Below, piece after piece: positions 20,578-29,803 of a stretch of DNA of 64,000 bases (position 1 is its first letter; each line of letters starts with the position of its first letter). The notes under the pieces are model-generated. The model saw nothing but the letters and a program-made list of their open reading frames with translations. It was not told the origin of the DNA and made no database searches. Source of the DNA: Halorarum halobium (GTDB taxonomy: Archaea > Halobacteriota > Halobacteria > Halobacteriales > Haloferacaceae); the NCBI RefSeq assembly GCF_032116555.1, contig NZ_CP134949.1:2790001-2854000 (forward strand), read 5' to 3'. Position numbers and translations under genes: made by a program.

Positions 20578-22116
20578 ATGGCATACGACGGGCCCAGGGT
20601 CTTTCTCGTACCGTCGAGCGGCGACGCTGCCCGCGACAACCTCGAACGGACCGTTCTGGAGGGGATCTCCTCTGAGGTGCTGGGAGAGTTTACCGACCGG
20701 GAGTTCCCCGATGGCCTCGTTCCTATCTGGGGAACTAAGGAGGGAAACAAGTCGACGTGGGACCAGATCGAGTCCGGTGATTATCTCCTCTACTACCGGA
20801 CCGGCGTGTACGACTACGCCGCCCGCGTCCTCGGAACCGAGACGAACGAACCACTCGGCAAGGAACTCTGGCCGAACTACGAGGAGGGAGACCCGTGGCG
20901 CTACATCATTTATCTCGATCAGGTTACCGAGGTCGACGTCCCACGCGACGAGATCAACGACCTCGCCGGCTATTCGGACTCGTTTGCGCCCCGTGGCTTT
21001 CAGACGCTCAACGACATGGGCGTCGGCGGAATTCGAGGAAAGTACGGTTCCGTCGAGAAGTTGACTGGCGAATCGAGGGGCTACGTGGAGGCCGGTGACG
21101 TCGAAACGGCTGCTGACCTTCACGTGGACCTTCCTGAGAGCCTGCTCTCGGACCTCCACTTCCCCGGGGACCAGGGCGAGGAGATCGTCGAGCAACTCAC
21201 CTCCGCGCTCAACGCCGGTAAACACGTCATCTTCACCGGCCCGCCGGGGACCGGCAAGACCGAAATCGCCCGGCTGACCTGCAAGTATCTCGAATCCGAA
21301 CAGGACTCGCTGTTCACCGGCTACCAGATGACGACCGCGACTGCCGACTGGTCGACGTTCGAGACCGTCGGTGGATACATGCCGAACGAGTCGGGGAGCG
21401 GCGAACTGGAGTTCGAACCGGGACAGATCCTCCGGCGGTTCAAACGGAACGGCGTCCAGCAAAACGAGCCGCTGATCGTCGACGAGATCAACCGTGCCGA
21501 CATCGACAAGTCGTTCGGGCAGTTGTTCACCCTGCTGTCCGGTCAGGCCGTCCAGCTTCCGTTCAAGCGCGACGGCGAGGAGATCGAGGTGCTTCGCGGG
21601 GAGGAGTTCGACGGCGAACTCGCCTCCCACCGGTACGTGAAGCCGGCCTCCTGGCGGCTGTTCGCGACGATGAACAGCTACGACAAGACCTCGCTGTACG
21701 AGCTTTCGTACGCGTTCATGCGACGGTTCGCGTTCATCCACGTCGACGCCCCGACGATACCCGGCGAGGACGAGCAGGAAGAGTTTGTCCGCGAGTACGC
21801 CGAGACGTGGGGAATCGACGCCGAACCCGAGACACTCCAGGGCGTCGGGGCGGTCTGGCGGGCCGCGAACACCGCCGTCGAGGACCGGAAGATCGGCCCT
21901 GCCATCATCAAGGACCTGCTCACGCACGTCCACGGCTCGAACGGCGACAGGCGCGAGGCGCTGACGCAGGCGGTCGCTAACTACGTCTACCCGCAACTCG
22001 AAGGTGTCCCCCGTCGGAAGCGAATCGTCGAGGAGATCGCCTCGACGGACGCGGTGAACGGGGTCGAACTCCGGAAACTGGCCCGGAGCGTCCTGAGCGT
22101 GACGCCGGATGAATAG
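20578..22116 (+). CDS. McrB-like AAA+ NTPase with N-terminal putative DNA-recognition domain
   Basis: Walker A GPPGTGKT, Walker B IVDEINRA, McrB NxxD motif TMNSYD, AFMRRF. Confidence 0.88.
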   Translation: MAYDGPRVFLVPSSGDAARDNLERTVLEGISSEVLGEFTDREFPDGLVPIWGTKEGNKSTWDQIESGDYLLYYRTGVYDYAARVLGTETNEPLGKELWPNYEEGDPWRYIIYLDQVTEVDVPRDEINDLAGYSDSFAPRGFQTLNDMGVGGIRGKYGSVEKLTGESRGYVEAGDVETAADLHVDLPESLLSDLHFPGDQGEEIVEQLTSALNAGKHVIFTGPPGTGKTEIARLTCKYLESEQDSLFTGYQMTTATADWSTFETVGGYMPNESGSGELEFEPGQILRRFKRNGVQQNEPLIVDEINRADIDKSFGQLFTLLSGQAVQLPFKRDGEEIEVLRGEEFDGELASHRYVKPASWRLFATMNSYDKTSLYELSYAFMRRFAFIHVDAPTIPGEDEQEEFVREYAETWGIDAEPETLQGVGAVWRAANTAVEDRKIGPAIIKDLLTHVHGSNGDRREALTQAVANYVYPQLEGVPRRKRIVEEIASTDAVNGVELRKLARSVLSVTPDE

Positions 22117-23458
22117 GGACGACCTGCTCGAACGGCTCACGCAGGACGTCTTCGCCTACGTGATGCACGGCGGATACCCCGAGGACCGATTCGTTGGGGA
22201 GATCCGACCGGAGGGGCTGGACGAACGGTTCGACGACTTCGAGTCGCTGGTCAGGCTCCACTTCGTCCTCCGACCCGAGGTGGTCCAGTTCGTCGAGGAG
22301 TTGCCGAATCGGATTCGGAGCGTGAAGACACAGACCCGAAACGTCTCGTCGACGAACCGCGGCCGCGTCGACGGTCGCATCGACTGGTCGTCGACCATTC
22401 GAGAACGGTACTCCAGAGCGCCGAGCGACACCTCGCTGTTCGTCTGTGACAACAGAACCGAGAGCTACGACATCGACGAAAACGTCGTCCTGAAGCGACT
22501 CCTGTCGATCATCTACGACACGCTCCGCGACTGCGAGACGCACCTGAAGAACGAGTACGAGTGGGTGGCCGACAGGTGGAGCGAGAACCTCGAACTCGTT
22601 GACGTCCTGACCGAGACGTTCGAGCGGAACGTCCACGTCACGCGGATTCGAGACCCGAAGGAGTACGAACCTACCGAGCGGATGCTCCAGACGGCGGAGG
22701 AATCCCGGAACGAGATTTACCGTGAGGCCGCCGGGCTGCTCCGAGAGTACGAGGACGCCGCCTCGGGGGACCGTGATGCGATTCGAACTCTGCTCGACGA
22801 GACCGCGATTACACCGGACGACGACGAGACGCTCCTCGAACTGTTCGTCCTCTTCCGGTACATCCGAGCGATCGAGGACTTCAGGAGCGAGGAGTTCAGC
22901 ATCCGGACGATCGAATCCGGTTCCCAGGAGGTGGCCAGAATGGAGGGCGACGACGCGGAGTTCGTGTTGTATCACGACCAGTCTGCTCAGGATCGCGACG
23001 TCACGTTCGTCACCGAGGAGAAGGACGCACCCGAGACCGATCTGGGCCGTGCGGAGATGGTGAAACGGAAAGCCCGCGAGGTCGAGGCTCACTACTTCCT
23101 CGACGACGAGACGAGCCCACGGACCAACAGGCCCGACGTCATCGTTCTGGAAGTGAGAACCGAGGACCAGTTGAAGTACCTCATCACCGAAGTCAAGAAC
23201 GCAACTCGACAGGAGACGATCCGCCAGGGAATCGAGGAGACGCTGGAGTATCTCGCGTTCCTCCGGCAGGATGACGAGTTCGTCTTCGACCGCGACACCG
23301 AGTTCTTCGGGAACGGCTGGAACGGCCTGCTCGTGATTCAGGACCTCGAAGACGCCGAGACGAGGAGTCTCGACGAGCAGGAGTCGATCAGAATCCTGCA
23401 GGCGTCAGAGGTCGAATCCGGAATCAAGGACGTTCTGGAGAACGCTGTTTCGACCTGA
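22109..23458 (+). CDS. McrC-like PD-(D/E)xK nuclease
   Basis: Overlaps the McrB-like stop; GRVDGRIDW, YDIDENVVLK, RPDVIVL...ITEVKN. Confidence 0.8.
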   Translation: MNRDDLLERLTQDVFAYVMHGGYPEDRFVGEIRPEGLDERFDDFESLVRLHFVLRPEVVQFVEELPNRIRSVKTQTRNVSSTNRGRVDGRIDWSSTIRERYSRAPSDTSLFVCDNRTESYDIDENVVLKRLLSIIYDTLRDCETHLKNEYEWVADRWSENLELVDVLTETFERNVHVTRIRDPKEYEPTERMLQTAEESRNEIYREAAGLLREYEDAASGDRDAIRTLLDETAITPDDDETLLELFVLFRYIRAIEDFRSEEFSIRTIESGSQEVARMEGDDAEFVLYHDQSAQDRDVTFVTEEKDAPETDLGRAEMVKRKAREVEAHYFLDDETSPRTNRPDVIVLEVRTEDQLKYLITEVKNATRQETIRQGIEETLEYLAFLRQDDEFVFDRDTEFFGNGWNGLLVIQDLEDAETRSLDEQESIRILQASEVESGIKDVLENAVST

Positions 23459-23507
23459 AACCGGTGGGTCCGGAAGTTTATACGACAATACGCCCAAACG
23501 GAGGGTA

Positions 23508-23777
23508 ATGACCGAAATCGTCAGGGACGACGCTCACAGCGACGGGGCACCCACCATCGATGGCACCGGCATCCGGGTCATCAACGTGGCGAGCGCCTAC
23601 GTCCACAGCGGCTACTCCCCCGACGAGATCGTGGACTTCTACCCCTCGCTCTCGCTGGCAGACGTCCACTCGGCGCTGGCGTACTACTACGACCACGTCG
23701 ACGAGTTCGACGTCGAGTCGGCGAGGAACGAACGCGACGGCGAGGGCGGCGCGGGCAACGAGGAAACGCCTGCGTGA
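23508..23777 (+). CDS. DUF433-family antitoxin
   Basis: GAPTIDGTGIRV...EIVDFYPSLSLADVHSALAYY. Confidence 0.88.
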   Translation: MTEIVRDDAHSDGAPTIDGTGIRVINVASAYVHSGYSPDEIVDFYPSLSLADVHSALAYYYDHVDEFDVESARNERDGEGGAGNEETPA

Positions 23778-24103
23778 TCTACGCGGACGAGAACGTCTGG
23801 CTTCCGGTCGTCGAGGGACTCCGCCGTCGTGGATGGGACGTGACGACAGCGAGAGAGGAGGACACCATCGGAGACGAGGATGAAGCGCAACTTCGATACG
23901 CCGCGGCACGCGGCTGGGTGGTGCTCACGTTCGACGACGACTTCCTCGGTCTCGTCGAGACGGAGTTCGTCGACATCGACCATGCAGGGGTGATTTACGT
24001 TCCACAGTACGGAAACGGCGTCGGCGAACTCGTGCGCCGCGTCGATTCGACGCTCGAACGGAACGCCGACCGCGACCTAACGGACGAAGTGTTGTACGCG
24101 TAG
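23774..24103 (+). CDS. DUF5615-family PIN-like toxin
   Basis: IYADEN, LRRRGWDV, DEAQLRYA, VVLTFDDDF, HAGVIY; GTGA overlap with DUF433. Confidence 0.85.
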   Translation: MIYADENVWLPVVEGLRRRGWDVTTAREEDTIGDEDEAQLRYAAARGWVVLTFDDDFLGLVETEFVDIDHAGVIYVPQYGNGVGELVRRVDSTLERNADRDLTDEVLYA

Positions 24104-24155
24104 CCGACCCAGTACGAGAACCTATACCCCAGGCCGACCCAACCCCACCCAACCG

Positions 24156-24704
24156 ATGAAGGAGGAACTCGAGACGGGCGAGGTGTACGTCCGGGTCCGC
24201 TCGACCCGCGGGACCGACACCCGGGACCAGGACGAGGTGATCGTCGCGGCCACCTACGACAGCATGGACGAGGCCGAGGACGAGTCCGACCGGCTGAACG
24301 CGCTGCTCGCGGAGCGCATCGGGGCCGCGCGGGACGTCCAGCCCGACGACGAGGGCGGGCGAAAATCCGGCGCCGAACCGCGTGGTGACGCCGGGGCCGT
24401 TGACGCCACGCCGCCGGCCGAACGGGAGCCGACCATCGACGGGGACGGCGAGGTCTCGAAGGTGTACGTCGGGCAGGGCTCGGGCATCGGCGGCGCGAGC
24501 TGGGTGCCGCTGCCGCGCGAGGTCGTGTTCGAGGAGATCGCCCCGATGGTCCGGCGGAACCGCGTGGACGACGACTCGGCCCCGCACGTCAAGATGAACT
24601 TCTCCAGCGACGTGCCGATCAGCGGCTGGACGAACGTCGACCCCGACGTGGTCCGGGAGGTCATCATGCCGCTCATCGACCGGCATCGGACGGCCGACAC
24701 GTAG
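24156..24704 (+). CDS. hypothetical protein
   Basis: 182-aa acidic ORF with haloarchaeal codon usage; no family recognised. Confidence 0.65.
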   Translation: MKEELETGEVYVRVRSTRGTDTRDQDEVIVAATYDSMDEAEDESDRLNALLAERIGAARDVQPDDEGGRKSGAEPRGDAGAVDATPPAEREPTIDGDGEVSKVYVGQGSGIGGASWVPLPREVVFEEIAPMVRRNRVDDDSAPHVKMNFSSDVPISGWTNVDPDVVREVIMPLIDRHRTADT

Positions 24705-24738
24705 CGGGCGCGGAGGAATCGGGGGGGACCGAGGGTCC

Positions 24739-27285
24739 CTAGTCCGCCTTCGCCTGCCAGTCCCGCACCGTGTCCGCGCCGACGCCCTCCACCTCGGCGG
24801 CCAGGTCGTCCGGCTCGCTGTCCTTCAGCGACTCCACGTCCTCCACGCCCGCCTCCTTCAGCTTCTCGGCGGTCTTCTCGCCGATGCCCTGGATCGCCTC
24901 GAGCTCGGAGCCGTTCTCCCGGGCCTGGTACTCGCGGTAGTTGCAGATGGGACAGCCGAGTTCCCACGGCTCGTCGCCCGAGTGGACCACCAGGTGCGGG
25001 AGGTCGTGCTCCTCGCACGTCTCGTCGGTGATCTCGATCTCGCCGCGGCGCGGCAGCGGGAGCGAGTAGTCGCAGTCGGGGTAGCGCGTACAGCCGACGA
25101 GCCGCGACCCCGACCGGAGGCGCTTGATGGCCAACTCGCCGCCCTCCGCCTCGCCACACTCCGGACAGACGCCGATGACCTCGTCCTCCTCCTCGTCGGC
25201 CTCGTCGGCCTTGCACTGCGGGCAGCCGTGGACGAACGTCTTCCGGCCGGCGAGCATCTTCACGTGGCTCAGCCCGTGCTCCTCACACTCCTCCTCCAGG
25301 ATCAGGGGCTTGCCCGTCGAGGGCAGCGGGAGCGTGTACGTACAGTCCGGGTAGCCGTCACAGCCGACGAAGTACGAGCCGTGCCGGGACTTGCGCACCA
25401 GCAGGTCCTCGCCGCAGTCGGGACACGGGCCGAGTCGCTTGTCCGCCTTCAGCGACTTCTGGAGCATGTCGCCCACCTCGTCGCTCGACTCGGTCAGCCC
25501 GTCGAACACGGTCTCCAGGATCTCCCGCGACTCCCGTGTCACCTCCTCGTACCCCTTCTCGCCCGCGGCGATTGCCTGCATGTCCGCCTCCAGCTGGGCG
25601 GTCATCTCGTCGGAGACGATGCGGTCGGCGAACGTCTCGCTCGCCTCCACCACCGCCTCGGCGAGCTTCGTCGGGCGCGGCGGGTCGCTCTCGATGTACC
25701 CCCGGTCGTACAGCTTCTGGATGACGTCGTGCCGGGTCGCCTTCGTCCCGATGCCCATGTCCTCCATCGTCTCGATGAGCCGCGACTGGCCGTACCGGCG
25801 CGGGGGCTGGGTCTGCTTCGCCTCGAACCGGGTGTCGGTCACGCCGAGTTCCTCGCCCTCCGAGACGTCCGGCACGAAGCTCTCGTTCGTCGAGAAGTAC
25901 GGGTAGACGGCGTGGTACCCCTCCTCCACCAGCCGCTTGCCGTTGGACTTCAGCGAGAGCGGGCCGTCGTTCGGTCCCGCTCCCCCATCCGCTGCAACCT
26001 CCGTCACGACGCGCAGGTGCTCCCACTCGGCGTCCTCCGCGACCGTGGCGAAGAAGCGACGCACGACGAGTTCGAACACCTCCCACTCGTCCTCGGAGAT
26101 CTCGGAGGCAGACGGGAGTTCGCCCGTCGGGTGGATGGGCGGGTGGTCGGTCGTCTCCTCGTCGCCCTCGGTCGGGGTGAGCTCCTCCAGGTCGAGCAGC
26201 GCGTCGGCGTCCTCGCCGAACTGCCGCGTCCCGGAGAACGCCTCCAGCAACTCCCGCTCGTCGAGGTCCTCGGGGTAGACGGTGTTGTCCGTCCGCGGGT
26301 AGGTGATGAACCCGGCCGTGTAGAGGTCCTCGGCCATGCTCATCGCGCGCTGGGCCGAGTAACCGAGCGACGACGCGGCGCGGATGAACTGGGTCGTGTT
26401 GAACGGCGCGGGCGGCTCGTCGGTCCTGTTCCGCCGGCGCACCGAGTCGACCGTCGCGGACTCGGCCCCCTCCAGCACCTCGTAGACCGCCTCCGCGGTC
26501 GCCTCGTCCCAGACGCGCTCGGCCTCGGTGCCGTCCTCTGCCTCGTAGAAGTACTGCGCCTCGAACTCCGCGCCCACCTCGTCGTCGCCGTCACCGTCGC
26601 CACCCTGCCGCTTCAGCAGGTCGGCGAACAGCTCCCAGTAGTCCTCGGGGTCGAACGCCTGGATCTCGCGCTCGCGGTCGACGATGAGCTTCAGCGTCGG
26701 CCCCTGCACCCGACCCACGGAGATGAAGTCGTCGCCGAGCTGGCGGGCCGACAGCGAGAGGAACCGCGTCAGCGCCGCGCCCCACACGAGGTCGATGACC
26801 TGCCGGGCCTCGCCGGCGGCCGCCAGATCGAAGTCGATGTCGTCCGGGTTCTCGAACGCGTCCGTCACCTCCCGTTTCGTGATCGAGGAGAAGCGCACGC
26901 GGTCGACCGGCACGTCCTCGTTCGCCTCGCGCACGAGTTCGTACGCCTCCTTCCCGATGAGTTCGCCCTCGCGGTCGTAGTCGGTCGCCACGACGACCCG
27001 GTCGGCCTTTCGGGCGAGCAGGCGCAGCGCCCGGACGATGTTCTCCTGGGTCTCGCGCTTCTGGACGGGCGCGTCGATGAGTTCGACGGGCTCGACGTCC
27101 CGCCAGTCGTCGTACTCGGGCGGGAAGTCCACCCCGACGACGTGGCCCGAGAGCCCGATACACCGGGTCCCGCCCCACCGGTAGACGTTGACACCGGCCC
27201 GGCGCTCGGTGTCGAAAGGCTCGCCCGAGAGGATCTCGGCGATCCGCCTCGCGGCGTTGTCCTTCTCGGTGATGATGAGTTCCAT
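24739..27285 (-). CDS. topA: DNA topoisomerase I (type IA)
   Basis: TOPRIM (LIITEK, ATDYDREGE), SVGRVQ, catalytic ITYPRTD, C4 zinc fingers, C-terminal HhH. Confidence 0.97.
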   Translation of the reverse strand: MELIITEKDNAARRIAEILSGEPFDTERRAGVNVYRWGGTRCIGLSGHVVGVDFPPEYDDWRDVEPVELIDAPVQKRETQENIVRALRLLARKADRVVVATDYDREGELIGKEAYELVREANEDVPVDRVRFSSITKREVTDAFENPDDIDFDLAAAGEARQVIDLVWGAALTRFLSLSARQLGDDFISVGRVQGPTLKLIVDREREIQAFDPEDYWELFADLLKRQGGDGDGDDEVGAEFEAQYFYEAEDGTEAERVWDEATAEAVYEVLEGAESATVDSVRRRNRTDEPPAPFNTTQFIRAASSLGYSAQRAMSMAEDLYTAGFITYPRTDNTVYPEDLDERELLEAFSGTRQFGEDADALLDLEELTPTEGDEETTDHPPIHPTGELPSASEISEDEWEVFELVVRRFFATVAEDAEWEHLRVVTEVAADGGAGPNDGPLSLKSNGKRLVEEGYHAVYPYFSTNESFVPDVSEGEELGVTDTRFEAKQTQPPRRYGQSRLIETMEDMGIGTKATRHDVIQKLYDRGYIESDPPRPTKLAEAVVEASETFADRIVSDEMTAQLEADMQAIAAGEKGYEEVTRESREILETVFDGLTESSDEVGDMLQKSLKADKRLGPCPDCGEDLLVRKSRHGSYFVGCDGYPDCTYTLPLPSTGKPLILEEECEEHGLSHVKMLAGRKTFVHGCPQCKADEADEEEDEVIGVCPECGEAEGGELAIKRLRSGSRLVGCTRYPDCDYSLPLPRRGEIEITDETCEEHDLPHLVVHSGDEPWELGCPICNYREYQARENGSELEAIQGIGEKTAEKLKEAGVEDVESLKDSEPDDLAAEVEGVGADTVRDWQAKAD

Positions 27286-27415
27286 TGCCGAGGGATAGGC
27301 TCATTCGCCTTCTAAAGGTTTCGCGGTCGTTCGTGCGACGTGTTGTCGTGGTTTGGGTTGGTAGTGCTGTGGTTATTCGGGCGGTCGGTTTCGTGGCTGA
27401 ACTGCTGAGAACGGC

Positions 27416-27540
27416 TCGAAAGCCCCCGCTGCTCTCGGCTCCCGCGGACCACGCTGCGCTCCTCAGTCGCTCGCTTCGCTCTCTCCCTGTGGTGCTTGCG
27501 GGTCCGGAGTTCCCCGAGAGCAGCGGCCCCTTTCAGTCCC
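27416..27540 (+). repeat. dispersed structured intergenic repeat, copy 2
   Basis: TCGAAAGCCCC...CCCCTTTCAGTCCC with a perfect 13-bp stem (27426-27438 / 27514-27526). Confidence 0.85.
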
Positions 27541-27657
27541 GCCCGATGGTTGGTCGGGCCGAGCGCAACGGGCGGACACCCGCTCGTTCCGCCGTGGGGT
27601 GTCGGGGGTCGTCGCCGCCGGCCGTCGGGGGCGTCGTCAGTCGACGGTCGGGCGTCG

Positions 27658-29043
27658 TCAGTCGAGGTCGGGGACGCCGTCGGCGACCTTGTGGAAGTGC
27701 CAGCGGTCGTACAGCAGGTCCACGTCGTCGCCGTCGTCGACGCGGAACTCGACGGGCTCCCGGTTCCCGGCGTCGTCGAGCGCGTGGAACTCGTACTGGT
27801 TGCCGTCCTCGTCCGGAATCAGCGCGGTGCCGGTCCCGCCGAGCGCGCCGCCGAGGTCGAGCCGGAGCGTGCCGCCGTCGCGGGCGACGACGGCGCGCTT
27901 GATCCCCCTGTAGGAGGCGTACTCGCCCGAGAGCCGGTCGAAGCGGGCGCGACGCTCGAAGAACGGGACGGCCTCCTCGGGGTCCTCGCCCAGCACGGCG
28001 GCGAAGACGCCCATCCCGAGATGTGCGAGCGGGTACTCCGGCGAGGCGTTCGCGGCGACGGCGATGCCGATCCCCTCCGCCGGCGAGAAGCCGACGTAGG
28101 CGCTGGAGACGGCGATCGAGCCGGAGTGTCCCACGAGGTCCCGACCGCACGCCTCCCGGGTCCGCCAGCCGAAGCCGTACGGCCCCGACGGCGTGTCGAC
28201 CCGGCCCTCGTGGAGCGCGTCGACGCTCGACTCCGAGAGGAGTCGGTCGCCGTCGACTACGCCGCCGTTCAGGTGGAGGCGGAGGTAGTCCGCGAGTTCG
28301 CGGACGGAGGTGAGGATGCCCCCGGCGGCCCGCGAGCGCTCGCGGACGGGGAGCGAGGCGGCCACGAGGTCGCCCTCCTCGTGGAGGTACTGGGTCATGT
28401 GGTCGTCGTCCATCGCGAACTCGGTGTCGTCGAACGTCGCGCGCTCCATCCCCAGCGGGTCGAACACGTGCGAGGTGACGTACTCGTCGAACGGCTTGCC
28501 CGTACACGCCTCGATTACCTCGCCGAGCAGGGTGTAGCCGCTGTTGCAGTAGGCGAACCGCTCGCCCGGGGCTGCGGCGCGTTCGTCGGCCGCGCCCGCG
28601 AGATGCGCGTGGAAGTCGGCCTCGTCCGAGAGCGCGAGCGTGTCGGTGCCGCGGCGCAGGCGCCGGGCGATGAGCGCCTCGCTGACGCCGAGCGACGGGT
28701 AGCCCGACGAGTGGGTGAGCAGGTGCCGGAGTCGGACGGGTTCGGCAGAATCGTCGGGGAGGTCGACGTCGAGGTGCTCGCTCACGGGGTCCTCGACGGA
28801 GAGCATCCCGGACTCCTGCAACTGCACGACCGCGAGTGCGGTGACCGACTTGGTGACCGAGCCGATCCCGTACAGCGTATCAGGCGTCGCCGGGCGGTTG
28901 CCCGCGAGGTCCCGGGAGCCGAAGCCGTCGGCGAAGGTGATCGAATCGTCCTCGAGGACGGCGACGCTGACGCCCGGCAACCGATCGCGGCGCATCGTCC
29001 GTCGCACGAGGTCCCCCACGGCCCGCTCAGCGGTCGTGTGCAT
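27658..29043 (-). CDS. serine hydrolase (beta-lactamase/AmpC-like family)
   Basis: SxxK (IGSVTKS), LLTHSSG, YCN, GHSG. Confidence 0.88.
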   Translation of the reverse strand: MHTTAERAVGDLVRRTMRRDRLPGVSVAVLEDDSITFADGFGSRDLAGNRPATPDTLYGIGSVTKSVTALAVVQLQESGMLSVEDPVSEHLDVDLPDDSAEPVRLRHLLTHSSGYPSLGVSEALIARRLRRGTDTLALSDEADFHAHLAGAADERAAAPGERFAYCNSGYTLLGEVIEACTGKPFDEYVTSHVFDPLGMERATFDDTEFAMDDDHMTQYLHEEGDLVAASLPVRERSRAAGGILTSVRELADYLRLHLNGGVVDGDRLLSESSVDALHEGRVDTPSGPYGFGWRTREACGRDLVGHSGSIAVSSAYVGFSPAEGIGIAVAANASPEYPLAHLGMGVFAAVLGEDPEEAVPFFERRARFDRLSGEYASYRGIKRAVVARDGGTLRLDLGGALGGTGTALIPDEDGNQYEFHALDDAGNREPVEFRVDDGDDVDLLYDRWHFHKVADGVPDLD

Positions 29044-29143
29044 GGGTGGTGGTCGGGGCGGGACGGCTTCAATTCACGGCTCTCGGTGTGGTGGGTTCGG
29101 TCCTGGGTGTTAGAATCAATACTGTCTCGGATGTCGTGACGAC

Positions 29144-29691
29144 CACCTCGAAAGCCCCCGGCTGGCTTCGCTCCCACGGACCGCGCTGCGCTCCTCGTCA
29201 CTCAGCCTCCGGCCTCGTTCCTGCGGTGCTTACGGGTCCGGGGTTCGCGTAGCCAGCCGGCCCCTTTCAGTCCCACCCCGCACCCGCACCGCACAGCCAC
29301 ACGCCTCCCCAGCCGATTCACTCGCTGGCGCTCGCTCATCCCTCGCGCGACGGCGGCGGACACGGAGGTCCACCAGCCGCGCGCCACCGGACTGGACCAA
29401 CCACGTGGCGCGCGGCGGCCGCGCCCTGTGCGCGGCCGAATCGCGCGAGGGACGAGCACCGCAGCCGAATGAGCGCAGCGAGTTCGGTGAGGAGCGCAGC
29501 GAGGGTCACGCGAACGAAGTGAGGGTGACCTCGGAAGTCGCAGCCGACGAGCGCAGCGAGTTCGGTGAGGAGCGCAGCGAGGGTCACGCGAACGAAGTGA
29601 GGGTGACCTCGGAAGTCGCAGCCGACGAGCGCAGCGAGGAGGACCGTCTTCCGTAGCCCCCGACCCGAGAGAGCCGGGAGCTTTCGAGGTG
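29144..29691. mobile_element. composite MITE/BIME-like element containing repeat copy 3
   Basis: 20-bp terminal inverted repeats with 1 mismatch (29144-29163 / 29672-29691); core module at 29148-29274; internal 78-bp tandem duplication. Mobility is inferred, not shown. Confidence 0.6.
29471..29638 (+). repeat. 78-bp tandem repeat (2 copies plus a partial third)
   Basis: 29471-29548 is identical to 29549-29626, followed by GAGCGCAGCGAG. Confidence 0.9.
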
Positions 29692-29803
29692 TTCGGTACC
29701 ACCCGATCAATCCACGTAGCAGTTCAACCAGCACCAAGAACCTCAAAGAAGACCCGTTCCGGTACCGGGAGCGTTTTCACCACGTCCACCCCCACCCACC
29801 ACC

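Noticed and set aside
20272..22140. 622-aa minus-strand ORF
   Set aside because: Antisense to the McrB-like gene; only the last ~69 codons (zinc finger) look genuine.
24982..27315. 777-aa plus-strand ORF
   Set aside because: Antisense shadow of topA.
29471..29638. Possible CRISPR array
   Set aside because: The units are contiguous and identical, with no unique spacers and no cas genes.
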